Under the pieces are notes generated by a model. The model was not told the origin of the DNA. It searched no databases and saw only the letters and a program-made list of their open reading frames with translations. The translations under genes and the position numbers were made by a program. 64,000 bases of DNA from Deltaproteobacteria bacterium (GTDB taxonomy: Bacteria > UBA10199 > JACPAL01 > JAHFST01): NCBI GenBank assembly GCA_023265625.1, contig JAHFST010000011.1, positions 36,137-100,136 on the forward strand. Direction: 5' to 3'. This document shows, piece after piece, positions 29,680 through 38,938 of the stretch. Positions within the stretch are counted from its first letter, which is position 1. Each line of letters starts with the position of its first letter.

Positions 29680-31701
29680 ATGATTTCAAATGTTGCTATC
29701 CAACAGGTTCATACCCTTTTAGTTGGTTTGGGATTGGCTCCGGTGCATGCCGGACAGGCCGATCTAGTCCAAGGACTGAGGGATGAACGATTTGTACATC
29801 GCCTTAATGAGGTTTTGCAGAGTCATTTAGCAGCGGAACTAGTTCCGGTATTTTTTCGAGGTTCGAATGTAGGTCATGAAGTGGCTTTTGCATGGCCTCT
29901 TGAGGTGGCAGTGGTTTTTTCAGGTGAAGGTGCTTACAACCTTTGTTTGGCCGACGAAATTGTTGCGGGGGGTGAGGCTGTTTTCGAAACCCTTTCCCCG
30001 GAGCGGGAAGAGGCACTCGTCTCCCTCTGTTTGACTCAGCGGATGCAACATCTGCGAACTCTTCATGAGAAGTTGTATGGGGAAGATCACGCTGTGGTGT
30101 TCCCGGAGTTTTGTCGGGAAACAGCCGCGCTCTGTTTGGAGGCATTAGGGTGGAGCGAAGAGGCCTACTTCCGGCATGCATTTGATTTGGCGATTTTTTT
30201 CGATGATGAGCTTGAAAGTCGTTACTGGTACCAAGAGGTTGAACCCCACTTGGCCCCGCTTCTTGAATCAATTCCCGATGTGCAGCGCATTCGTCTCTCG
30301 TGGTTGGGCGGATTGGCACGTGAAATCGGCTATAACCATTGGCCGAAAGATCAGGCTGGGAATAGGGAGTACGATACTTACTTTCGGGGATCATCTCAAC
30401 TTGAGGAGCGTCATGCTGTTTGGTGGCAACAGCAGGAGGAGCGCCCGCCTTTTTTTGTGGATGACTCCCGGGTGTTTGCCGTGAACCAGAGACGCTATCG
30501 TTATTTGCCGGAATCGATTAGGGAAGAATGGGTTCGAGAAGGGACCGATACCTCGCAGTTGTCGAGGCTGTTGGAAGAACCGGCGACTAGACAGGTTCCC
30601 GTGGGAGTTTTGCTGGATGCTATTCAGTACCAGTTGGACGCCGTGAAGGTTCCCACTGACGGCAATGTTACTCTCGACGGGGCCCTCTACCGGGTCAAAA
30701 CCGCTCGTGATTTTCTGGCGATGCCGGAGGCAGAGATCGCACGCAGCAGCAAATTTTCCTGGTTTCCCTATTTTTGTGAAATTTTTGTGCGTCATTCGAA
30801 GGATGATGGTTTTTATGAAATCGTTCGCGGTTATTTGTTGCAACCTCCTCAACAACACACGGCCCCGCAGTTTAAATTCATCAGCTTGAGCCTGGCAACG
30901 CGGTATTTTCCGGAGGAGCTCAAGCGAGATCTCAACCAGCCGGATCGGGAGGCAGAGGTGAATAGGTTGGGGACGGCGCTTCATTATGGTCGATGTCTCA
31001 AAGATTGGAGGGACGATGTGCCGTTACCCGAAGGGGTGGCCCGCCGGTTGGAACAGTTGGTTCCGTTCCTTTGGCCCATTTGTCCGCAGGTGGCGATGGA
31101 GGCCCTCGGTGGGCAGGGTATGCGCCACTCTGTTCAAGAACTTTTGTTTCCCGCCGGTGTTTCCCTGAATGATTTTTTGGATCATGTCTTGGCGGTTGAT
31201 TTTCATCTAAATCCCTCTGACGTCGTCAAGACCTTGGTGTCATTGGCAAAGATCGCTTTTACTTCAAGCCTGAAACCCGACGCCAAGTCTTCCGCGGAAA
31301 TGGTTTTGTTATGGAATAATTTGGAGATCCCGAAACTTCACCTCCTCTGGGAGCGTTTGTTGATGTTGGATGCACGGGAGGGCAATGGTCGGATCGATTA
31401 CCAGAAATTTATCTGTCGCTTGGATGATGTGGAAGAATTGTTAAAATTCTTCTTTCACCTAGGGGTGCACACCGGCCATTTTAAATTTTTCGACGACTCG
31501 GTTTTCACTCTGGGACCCGGTATGGTCAATGTGAAACGCATGGGGAATTTGTTGCAAGACTATCGTAATGTTCCCTCAAGTCATCCCGATCCTCGGATCG
31601 CTTATTCGGGAGGTCAGCATATCTACAACACCTCCTCGATTGGCCTTCGAGTCCAGCAGCTCTTGGCCGTGGCGAAGTCGAGGTTAGTAGGTAGGGCCTA
31701 A
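29680..31701 (+). CDS. Large orphan hypothetical protein
   Basis: Long ORF; AGGAG upstream of ATG 29680; no motif recognised. Confidence 0.75.
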   Translation: MISNVAIQQVHTLLVGLGLAPVHAGQADLVQGLRDERFVHRLNEVLQSHLAAELVPVFFRGSNVGHEVAFAWPLEVAVVFSGEGAYNLCLADEIVAGGEAVFETLSPEREEALVSLCLTQRMQHLRTLHEKLYGEDHAVVFPEFCRETAALCLEALGWSEEAYFRHAFDLAIFFDDELESRYWYQEVEPHLAPLLESIPDVQRIRLSWLGGLAREIGYNHWPKDQAGNREYDTYFRGSSQLEERHAVWWQQQEERPPFFVDDSRVFAVNQRRYRYLPESIREEWVREGTDTSQLSRLLEEPATRQVPVGVLLDAIQYQLDAVKVPTDGNVTLDGALYRVKTARDFLAMPEAEIARSSKFSWFPYFCEIFVRHSKDDGFYEIVRGYLLQPPQQHTAPQFKFISLSLATRYFPEELKRDLNQPDREAEVNRLGTALHYGRCLKDWRDDVPLPEGVARRLEQLVPFLWPICPQVAMEALGGQGMRHSVQELLFPAGVSLNDFLDHVLAVDFHLNPSDVVKTLVSLAKIAFTSSLKPDAKSSAEMVLLWNNLEIPKLHLLWERLLMLDAREGNGRIDYQKFICRLDDVEELLKFFFHLGVHTGHFKFFDDSVFTLGPGMVNVKRMGNLLQDYRNVPSSHPDPRIAYSGGQHIYNTSSIGLRVQQLLAVAKSRLVGRA

Positions 31702-31756
31702 GAAGGCTTTTTGCTCTTATCCATCTGCCAAGCTTTTGTAATGGGAGGACTTATTT

Positions 31757-32480
31757 ATGAATGTGAGTGGAGTGTCGGTAATATCACTTCCGTTGTATGA
31801 ATCGCCGTTTCAGGCGGGAGGAAGCTTGCCTCGAGTTTATGTGACAGGGGCATTGACGAGACTTGGAGGTCGTCTGGAGACGGCCCTTTCGGAGCAATGT
31901 GATACTCTGTCTAGGATCGTGCAGGTGGGCCCACACTGAAGTTATGAAACATCAAGTTCTTCCACGACCAGTGGACCGTGAGCGCCCTAAAACACATCAT
32001 GTTATGACTTTTTTTTCTGGGAGTTTGTGGGAGGGTGATAATCGTGAGTTGCCGACTGCGGTGGCACTTCATGAGGCTTCCCACTATACGACTTTTCATC
32101 AATTACGACACTGGCTGGAGGTCAATCTTCAAAAAGATGAGGGTAATAGGGATGCTGCATTCATTAGGCATGCTGTTCTAGATGTGGACGGTCAATATAA
32201 AATTGATTTTGGTTTTGCAACTTTGTTCATGGAGTTGTCGGCATGTTTTGCCACGGGGGTTTATTTTGATACATTATTAAATTTATCAGCCGCTAGTGAA
32301 GATCTTAAATGGAGGCTGTCCTCGATCATTGCGATGGGGATGAAGTACATGACCAATCCTATTTACCGTCCTTATCTTGAGCAGGCGGGAATCGATATTC
32401 CGGATTTTACCGATCCAAGAGTCGTTTTTTCTGAGGTGCCTCAAATAATACGGCGTTTTGTGAAACTGGTTACTGGTTAA
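31757..32480 (+). pseudogene. Probably frameshifted hypothetical gene with HExxH motif
   Basis: GGGAGG + ATG 31757 ORF stops at 31939; overlapping +1-frame ORF continues to 32480 with HEASH. Confidence 0.5.
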
Positions 32481-32492
32481 CAGCTTTCATTA

Positions 32493-32528
32493 TATCTCAT
32501 GGAGCGATAGCAGGAGATTTTGGCTTAA
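32493..32528 (+). repeat. Remnant copy of the AAA ATPase 3' end (26627-26662)
   Basis: First 27 nt match at 26 positions; YLMER*QEILA versus YLMERWQEILG. Confidence 0.8.
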
Positions 32529-32559
32529 TATTATAAAAATATTATATTAATTATTATAT

Positions 32560-32587
32560 TTGACATTATAAAAAATATTACTATAAT
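32560..32587 (+). promoter_or_regulatory. Consensus sigma70 promoter for the TA operon, probably leaderless
   Basis: TTGACA-N16-TATAAT; ATG begins 7 nt after the -10 box; AT-rich repeats. Confidence 0.8.
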
Positions 32588-32593
32588 TACGAT

Positions 32594-32833
32594 ATGGGTG
32601 CCGTTGCGTTGTCGCGATTTGATGAAGATATTTTGGAGTCGTTGAAGAAGCGGTTGAAGCTTCCCTCCAAATCTCAGGTGATTCACCAGGCGTTAATCCG
32701 GTTGCAGGATTGGGTGGAAAGGGAGCGATTGGCCGCTGAGATCAAGGGGTCGGTGCGCAAGTGCGGGAAGGCCGATTGGGAAGAGTACCACTCGCTTGCG
32801 GAGGCGGCTTTTCATCGCGTTACGAAGGAATGA
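32594..32833 (+). CDS. Putative antitoxin (RHH/CopG-like)
   Basis: SKSQVIHQAL helix; ATGA overlap with toxin. Confidence 0.75.
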   Translation: MGAVALSRFDEDILESLKKRLKLPSKSQVIHQALIRLQDWVERERLAAEIKGSVRKCGKADWEEYHSLAEAAFHRVTKE

Positions 32834-33180
32834 AGATACTTCGCGGTCATCTCTATTTGGTTGATTTCAACCCGCGCATTCTCACCAAGCCGGGCAAGAT
32901 TCGTCCGGCGGTTGTGGTGCAATCGGATCTTGTCAATGAGGCGGGTTATCCGTCCACCCTCGTGATCCCCACGACGAGTAAAGTGATACCGGATGCCGGT
33001 TTTCTGCGGCTCCACCTCTCCAAGGGACTGTGCGGTTTGAATCAAGCCAGCGATCTGCTCATCGGCCAGATGATCGCAGTGGCCAATGTCTCCATCAAGA
33101 AGGAATTGGGAGAATTGCCCAAGCCTCTGATATCCGAGCTTAATTCCCGCCTCTTGGCCCTCTTGGATCTTCGCGAATAA
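32830..33180 (+). CDS. PemK/MazF-family toxin
   Basis: RGHLYLVDFNP..KPGKIRPAVVVQ.D..N, VIPTTS, Q..A. Confidence 0.9.
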   Translation: MKILRGHLYLVDFNPRILTKPGKIRPAVVVQSDLVNEAGYPSTLVIPTTSKVIPDAGFLRLHLSKGLCGLNQASDLLIGQMIAVANVSIKKELGELPKPLISELNSRLLALLDLRE

Positions 33181-33187
33181 TTTTCTT

Positions 33188-34105
33188 TCACGATTTTTTT
33201 AAGGCTTCTTGATTTCTCACCCACTGGGAAAATTTTATCCGATCCATCGCACTTCCCTTAATAAGCTCTTTAAACTCTGATTCCGAAGCCACTTTTTTGG
33301 CCTGAAGCAATGCGGGCCTCGGCTGAAACTCTGGGAGTGGGGTGACCGGGATTCGGTCGTTGTAGGGGCAGACTTCTTGGCAGATGTCGCAGCCGTAGAG
33401 GTGGTCGCCGACCATCTTGGATTGGGTTGCGTCAAAATCGCCGCGATATTCGATTGTCAGGTAGGAGATGCATTTTCGGGAATCGAGCTGGTAGGGCGCC
33501 ACCAAGGCCCCGGTGGGGCAGGAGTCCAGGCATTTGGTGCAGGTGCCGCACTGGTCGTAGGTGGGGCGGTCGTGGTCGAGTTCTAGGGTGGTCAAGATCT
33601 CTCCCAGAAAAATATAAGAGCCTAGGCCGTTGTTGATCAGGCAGCTGTTCTTGCCGATCCAACCCAACCCCGCCTGGGCGGCGTGGGCCCGTTCCAGGAT
33701 GGGGCCTGTGTCCACATAACTCTTGGTGGCGGCGGTGGGGTCGATTTCTTGATGGATGAAGGTCTCGAGTTGTTGCATTTTTTTTCCCATCACCTCGTGG
33801 TAGTCCTCTCCCCAGGCGTAGCGGGCGATGATATCGGGAGAGGGGTTAGGGGTGAGGGAGTCCCCGGTATAGTAGTTGAGGGCGCAACAGATGATCGAGC
33901 GGACTCCCGGGAGGATCAGTTCTAGGTTTCCCCGTTTTCCCGTCCCTCGTTGCAGATAGGCCATCGTCCCGGCGTGCCCTTGGTCGAGCCAGCGGAGAAA
34001 ATGCGTGTAGTCGGGTGTGGGGGTGGCCGGGGCAATGCCCACCAATTCAAATCCCAATTGCCGAGCCTTCTCCTTGATTCTTTGCGTCGAGTTCATTAGA
34101 TCCAT
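33188..34105 (-). CDS. queG: Epoxyqueuosine reductase
   Basis: ARYAWGEDYH, VDTGPILER, GLGWIGKN, CGTCTKCLDSCPT, YGCDICQEVCPYN; start may be 34096. Confidence 0.95.
   Translation of the reverse strand: MDLMNSTQRIKEKARQLGFELVGIAPATPTPDYTHFLRWLDQGHAGTMAYLQRGTGKRGNLELILPGVRSIICCALNYYTGDSLTPNPSPDIIARYAWGEDYHEVMGKKMQQLETFIHQEIDPTAATKSYVDTGPILERAHAAQAGLGWIGKNSCLINNGLGSYIFLGEILTTLELDHDRPTYDQCGTCTKCLDSCPTGALVAPYQLDSRKCISYLTIEYRGDFDATQSKMVGDHLYGCDICQEVCPYNDRIPVTPLPEFQPRPALLQAKKVASESEFKELIKGSAMDRIKFSQWVRNQEALKKS
33836..33859 (-). repeat. C-rich repeat unit in frame inside queG
   Basis: TCCCTCACCCCTAACCCCTCTCCC encodes SLTPNPSP. Confidence 0.55.
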
Positions 34106-34188
34106 AACTCCTCCCAACCTCCCCTTACCTTAAGGGGAGGAGACCTTGCATCCCCCTCTTAAGGTAAGAGGGGGTAGGGGGTGTTATG
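34103..34188. repeat. C-rich inverted repeat doublet filling a divergent intergenic region
   Basis: CATAACTCCTCCCAACCTCCCCTTACCTTAAGGGGAGG ... CCCCCTCTTAAGGTAAGAGGGGGTAGGGGGTGTTATG. Confidence 0.8.
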
Positions 34189-34479
34189 AGAGCTGAATTA
34201 ATGGAACTATGTCCCAAATGCGACTGTAAAGATTTCTACGCCGAAAAGGCCTTTCCAAAAAAGATCGGGATTGCCATCTTGTTGGTTGCGATTATTGCCA
34301 GTTTTTGGACCTATGGGCTTTCGTTGATTGGGGCGGCCGTGTTGGATGGATTGATCTCTTTGTTTGTCCCGGCGCGGCTGGTTTGTTATCGGTGTCGGGT
34401 TGTATTTGCGGATGTCCCGGTTCCCAAAGAGGTGAAGGGTTTTGATCACCATATTGCGGAATTATATAATTACCGGTAG
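34186..34479 (+). CDS. Small membrane protein with two CxxC motifs
   Basis: CPKC..FY.EK.FP, two TM segments, CYRC, FDHH.AE. Confidence 0.75.
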   Translation: MRAELMELCPKCDCKDFYAEKAFPKKIGIAILLVAIIASFWTYGLSLIGAAVLDGLISLFVPARLVCYRCRVVFADVPVPKEVKGFDHHIAELYNYR

Positions 34480-34501
34480 GGGCGACCCGGTGGGTCGCCC
34501 T
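34476..34501 (+). repeat. GTAG-type REP-like palindrome
   Basis: Identical to 10234-10259. Confidence 0.85.
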
Positions 34502-34826
34502 ATTTCCCCACCTCAAATCGAATCTCCGTTACAGGGCATTTGGGCAGCAATTCCTGGATCTTCCTGAGGATGGTGGGTTGCATCATCTGTAATTCGTTGG
34601 CCCAAACGGAACCCTTGACGGTGATGACCAGTCGCTTGCCATAGACTTGTTGGGGGAAGGTGTGGGGGTGAAGTGGCGCTCCAACGATTGTCTCCCAATT
34701 GTGTTGCAGGCAATAAAGCAGGTCCTTGGGGGTGAGGGGGATGGGATTCTTGCTAAACAGGCTGGGAAGAATGGTGTTGAGGGCCAGGGGTTTACGGAGT
34801 TTTTCGCGCATCGAGGAGTATTCCAT
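34500..34826 (-). CDS. DUF721/DciA-family protein
   Basis: W..IVG..L..HT.P, LVITV.GSVWANEL, IRF; start uncertain. Confidence 0.8.
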   Translation of the reverse strand: MEYSSMREKLRKPLALNTILPSLFSKNPIPLTPKDLLYCLQHNWETIVGAPLHPHTFPQQVYGKRLVITVKGSVWANELQMMQPTILRKIQELLPKCPVTEIRFEVGK

Positions 34827-34892
34827 AGCTTGATCGAGGGGCGAAAACAAGTTGACATTAGTGGCAAAGTTAGACAAAAATGGCCCCTCTTT

Positions 34893-35258
34893 ATGAACAA
34901 GAAAGAACTCAAAAAGTTTAGGGATCTGCTGGTGGACCGGCGCGATGAGGTCAACAAGGCGGCCCTGAAGATCAAAGAAGAGGGGATGGGGGTCTCCACA
35001 GACGACCTGCCTGATGAAGTCGATCTGGCCTCCTCGGAATCAGAACAATCGATGCATTTGAGGTTGCGTGATCGTGAGCTGGTTTTGTTGCGCAAGATTG
35101 AGAAGGCGATCCAGAAGATTGATGATGGTGATTATGGGACCTGTGAGAAGTGCAGTGAAGAGATAGGCATCAAGCGTCTCGAGGCTCGCCCGGTCACCGA
35201 TCTTTGTATCCGCTGCAAAGAAGAGCAAGAGCGTTTTGAAAAAAGTTACGCCGAGTAG
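34893..35258 (+). CDS. dksA: DksA/TraR-family RNA polymerase-binding protein
   Basis: PDEVDLAS, RDRE..LL.KI, CEKC..EIG..RLEARP...LCIRCK. Confidence 0.93.
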   Translation: MNKKELKKFRDLLVDRRDEVNKAALKIKEEGMGVSTDDLPDEVDLASSESEQSMHLRLRDRELVLLRKIEKAIQKIDDGDYGTCEKCSEEIGIKRLEARPVTDLCIRCKEEQERFEKSYAE

Positions 35259-36514
35259 TTTTCCAGGGCAGTGCGCCCGTTTTCGATCCCCAGTGCCAAA
35301 GACGCAATTCTCCCCAAGAGTGAGGCAATCACAAAAAGATCCCCTTTGTCATGGTAGGTGAGGTCATAGACGGCCGCCGGGGGGGCCAGTTTGTGAAAGC
35401 AGCGGCAGGTGAAGGTCATGCCCTTGGCATTGAGGCTTTCGAATTGGTTCCTTTGATCATTAATCCGAAAGAAGACCCCAATGGGGTTGCCACCGACCAA
35501 ATAAACGACGGGTTCAAAAGGCTTGCCACGGTAGAAGTCGGCGGTCGGGATGCCCTCCTGGATCAAGTATTCGTTGACCATCTTCCCACCCTTGGCGGAG
35601 GCCATCTTGTTCTTGGTGGAGCGGTTCCATTTGAGGATTTCTTCCCCGGAATGGACCGACGTGACCGCCATCCCATAGGTGCCGGAATTATTTTTGATGA
35701 AGAGGTAGGGTTCTTGGGTCATTTTGTGTTCCAGATATTTTTGTCGGATCATCATCAATAAACGATGGGCCGAGTCGGCCAGGCGTTTGAGGCAGATACT
35801 ATCGTTGAGGTCGATGCCGCCTTCCACACGGGTCATGGGGCTGAGCAGCCAAGGGTCGATGTTCAATTCACCACACAGTTCGTTGAGGAGTTGTTGGGTC
35901 AATTCAAAGTGATGGCTCTTGCGACGAGAATGCCAGCCCATTTTGGGGGAGGGGATCACCGGTTGTCGCAGGTTTTTCAAATAGCTGGGAAACCCTTCCG
36001 AGAGGTCATTGTTGAGCAGGATGAGATCGGGGATAAAATCATTTGTTTTCAAAATGTCATTTTCGAGATGGATTTTACGGAGCCGCAATGTCTCTCCCTC
36101 GGCGAGGACGATGTCTTCGTCTTTGTGAAGCGAGGCGCGGCTGCTTCCCAGGACGACTTCATATCCCGCCAAGCGAATAATGTTCAACAGCGCGGCAATG
36201 TTTTGAAAATAGTAGATATTGCGCGTGTGATCTTCGGGGATGAGCAGCAATTTTTTGGTCTCGGGATAATGCCGTGCCAAATAGGCCTTCAACTGCATGG
36301 CGGCTTGGTGTGAGAAGGTCTCGCAGAGGTTGTTGAACCCAGCTGGAAACAGGTTGGTGTCAACCAAGGCCATTTTACACCCCGAATTACGAATATCGAC
36401 GGAGGTATAAACGGGGGGCGTAACGTTGTGGTAGTGCGCGGCTAACCAGTCCTCGATGAACGATTCACGCGCTCGGAGGAGGGTGGCTAGCTCTTCAATC
36501 CTAGAACAGGTCAT
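35246..36514 (-). CDS. gshA: Glutamate-cysteine ligase, divergent ATP-grasp GshA type
   Basis: YTSVDIRNSG.K...VDTNLFPAGFNNL, LLNNDLS, GW..RRKS.HF, GTYGM, EPVVY. Confidence 0.85.
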   Translation of the reverse strand: MTCSRIEELATLLRARESFIEDWLAAHYHNVTPPVYTSVDIRNSGCKMALVDTNLFPAGFNNLCETFSHQAAMQLKAYLARHYPETKKLLLIPEDHTRNIYYFQNIAALLNIIRLAGYEVVLGSSRASLHKDEDIVLAEGETLRLRKIHLENDILKTNDFIPDLILLNNDLSEGFPSYLKNLRQPVIPSPKMGWHSRRKSHHFELTQQLLNELCGELNIDPWLLSPMTRVEGGIDLNDSICLKRLADSAHRLLMMIRQKYLEHKMTQEPYLFIKNNSGTYGMAVTSVHSGEEILKWNRSTKNKMASAKGGKMVNEYLIQEGIPTADFYRGKPFEPVVYLVGGNPIGVFFRINDQRNQFESLNAKGMTFTCRCFHKLAPPAAVYDLTYHDKGDLFVIASLLGRIASLALGIENGRTALENYSA

Positions 36515-37589
36515 GCATCACCCTTTGGTAAATTTTGCGGACATCCTCCCGACTTTGCAAAAAAAAGTCTAGCATTTTCCCCCCGAGTGCGGGGAAGTGA
36601 CGCTCTTCAATTTCGCTAACGAGTCGGGATCCTTTAATAATAATGTCAGTGGCCAGGCCGGTCATTTGGCGTAAGCGGGTCTCCAATTGGCGATAAAACA
36701 GATAGGTTTCAGCCAGGAATTTAGTTTCCTCCGGGGGGAGAAATCGGCCCGTCAGGGCCTCGAGGGCGACCAAGGTTTGGGGGGTGCGTAACTCCGGGTG
36801 ATCGCATCCGTGAAGCAGTTGCAAGTACTGGACTAAGAATTCGATATCCACGATCCCACCGGGGCCTAGTTTGATATGGTACTGTCCCGGACGCTCTCGG
36901 GCCAACTCTTGCTCCATGCGGTGGCGCAGATGACTAATTTCCAGGGCAATTTTTGGTTCGCGTGGTTGGTAAACAACTTGCCGCACAAAGGTTTGAATCT
37001 GTTCGGAAAAAGGGGTGTTGCCCAGTGGGCGCGCCTTGATGAGCGCTTGTTGTTCCCAAAGCTTGGCCTGTTGCGCATGGTAATCGCGAAAGGATTCAAA
37101 AGTGGAGACGAGGACGCCCGTGCGGCCCGAGGGGCGCAGCTCGGTGTCGATCTTATAGGCGTAGCCGTCGACCGTGACCAATCCCATCAAAGAGATAATT
37201 CGTTGGAGAAACCTCACAAAAAATTCCTGATGGTCGAGGTGTTCGTAAAGAAAGATCAGATCCAGGTCAGAGCCGTAGGTGAGTTCCTGGCCGCCGAATT
37301 TTCCCATGGCGATGATGGCGCAGGGGGTGTCGGGAAGGGGCATCCGTTTTGCCAGGTCTGTTTGCGCTTGCTCCGTAGCCCCTTGCAGAATGAGCTCGGC
37401 GATGTCGGTTAGGACTTGAAAGAGTTCTGGCAACCCCATCTTCTGTTCAGCGTCTTGCACGAGTTGCCATTGGGCTTTTTTGAAACGGCGCAGGACGGCA
37501 TAAATTTCTTCTTCTTCGAGGGCGGATTGGAGTTGCCGGCGAAGTTCGGTGGCGAGCGCTGCCTTGTCGAGGGAATAAGTTGGGTTCAT
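36501..37589 (-). CDS. glnE: GlnE C-terminal half (adenylyltransferase domain) as a separate ORF
   Basis: MGKFGGQELTYGSDLDLIF, DTELRPSG, WEQQALIKAR, KLGPGGIVDIEF. Confidence 0.8.
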   Translation of the reverse strand: MNPTYSLDKAALATELRRQLQSALEEEEIYAVLRRFKKAQWQLVQDAEQKMGLPELFQVLTDIAELILQGATEQAQTDLAKRMPLPDTPCAIIAMGKFGGQELTYGSDLDLIFLYEHLDHQEFFVRFLQRIISLMGLVTVDGYAYKIDTELRPSGRTGVLVSTFESFRDYHAQQAKLWEQQALIKARPLGNTPFSEQIQTFVRQVVYQPREPKIALEISHLRHRMEQELARERPGQYHIKLGPGGIVDIEFLVQYLQLLHGCDHPELRTPQTLVALEALTGRFLPPEETKFLAETYLFYRQLETRLRQMTGLATDIIIKGSRLVSEIEERHFPALGGKMLDFFLQSREDVRKIYQRVMHDLF

Positions 37590-38938
37590 GTTAGGTTTAA
37601 ATGTTGAAAGTGATCGGAAACTATTTTCCGAGTTTGTTGCAGCTGATCTTGAAACTCATCCACTGATGGACAATTCATCCGACGCGCCAGGGCGAGCAGC
37701 TCCTTCGGTTCTGCGGGGAGTTGGTGCGTTTGCTGGTCGTCCAGGATCTGGAGACGGTTTTCGATGCGACGGAGAAAAATATAAGCGGTGCGGAGGTGCG
37801 CGGCATCCTCGAGCGTGATGATCCCCCGCTCGCCGAGGGCTTGGAGCGCCCGTAAGGTCTGCGTGGGACGCAGGGCCGGTTGTTTGCCGCCATACAGGAG
37901 CTGAAAGATGGCGACGAAGAATTCGATTTCCCGGATGCCGCCCTCGCCCAATTTGACGTTGAAGGTTTGCTTAAGCCGTTTTTTTTGGTCTTGATTGATT
38001 TTGTTTTTCATCTCCTTGAGCTCGGTGAGGACGCTGGTGTCGAGTGTCTGCCGATAGACAAAAGGGAAGACGCGCTTGAGGAAATCGAGGGCGGTGTGCC
38101 TTGTCCCGGCGACGGGGCGGGCCTTGAGCAGGGCGGCTCGTTCCCAGTTGGCCCCCCAATTTTCATAATAGTCTTCCACGGCGTCGAGGGAATTGGACAA
38201 AGTGCCCGACTTGCCTTCGGGGCGAAGATCGGTGTCGACCCGAAAGACAAACCCGTCTTCGGTGCGTTTTTGCAACAGATCCATCGAGAGTTGAAAGAGT
38301 TGGTTGGCGAATTCATGGAGCGATGCGCCGGATGGGCATTGGCCGGAGTCTGAATCGTAGAGAAAGAGCACATCAATGTCGGAGCTAAAATTCAAATCCT
38401 CCCCTCCGAGCTTGCCGAGACCCACAACGCTGAAGCCGCATTCCAAATGCTGCCTGGCGAGTTGCGGGGTGCCATGGATCTTTTTGGTTTGAGCTAGGGC
38501 ATGGCTCAAAGCCGCTTCTTGCGTGACTTGGGCCAGGTTGGCGATTTCCTGTCCGATGGATTCATAGTCGCCCAATTGGGCCAATTCCCGGATCATGAGG
38601 CGCATCATCTCCCTGTGTCGGAAGTGTCGCAGCGTTTGTTTGAAATCGTCGTTGCCCTGGGAGCTTGTGAGAAATGTGTGCCATTCAGCGGTGAGTTCCA
38701 GCAATGGCTTTTTTTGGAACAAGATTGAGGAGGAGAGGAGGGGTTGGATGAGATCGGGTCGGCGGGCGATCCAATTCATGAAAGGACGACTGTTGCCAAA
38801 TAATGACAAAAAAGCGGCGCTCCCCGGTTGGGCCGAAAAATCAACCGGGGCTTGAAACCCTTCCCACTGGCTCCGGGCGAGCTCGGGATTCCCTGATTGG
38901 GCCAGGATAAGGTCTATTTCTTTAGCGTTGAGCGGCAT
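37586..38938 (-). CDS. glnE: GlnE N-terminal half (adenylyl-removase domain) as a separate ORF
   Basis: GKLGGEDLNFSSDID, FRVDTDLRPEG, WERAALLKAR, NVKLGEGGIREIEF. Confidence 0.8.
   Translation of the reverse strand: MPLNAKEIDLILAQSGNPELARSQWEGFQAPVDFSAQPGSAAFLSLFGNSRPFMNWIARRPDLIQPLLSSSILFQKKPLLELTAEWHTFLTSSQGNDDFKQTLRHFRHREMMRLMIRELAQLGDYESIGQEIANLAQVTQEAALSHALAQTKKIHGTPQLARQHLECGFSVVGLGKLGGEDLNFSSDIDVLFLYDSDSGQCPSGASLHEFANQLFQLSMDLLQKRTEDGFVFRVDTDLRPEGKSGTLSNSLDAVEDYYENWGANWERAALLKARPVAGTRHTALDFLKRVFPFVYRQTLDTSVLTELKEMKNKINQDQKKRLKQTFNVKLGEGGIREIEFFVAIFQLLYGGKQPALRPTQTLRALQALGERGIITLEDAAHLRTAYIFLRRIENRLQILDDQQTHQLPAEPKELLALARRMNCPSVDEFQDQLQQTRKIVSDHFQHLNLT

Noticed and set aside
18400-33200. 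Prophage, ICE or IS as the source of the variable region
   Set aside because: No integrase, transposase, phage structural or conjugation genes recognised, and no tRNA at the borders.
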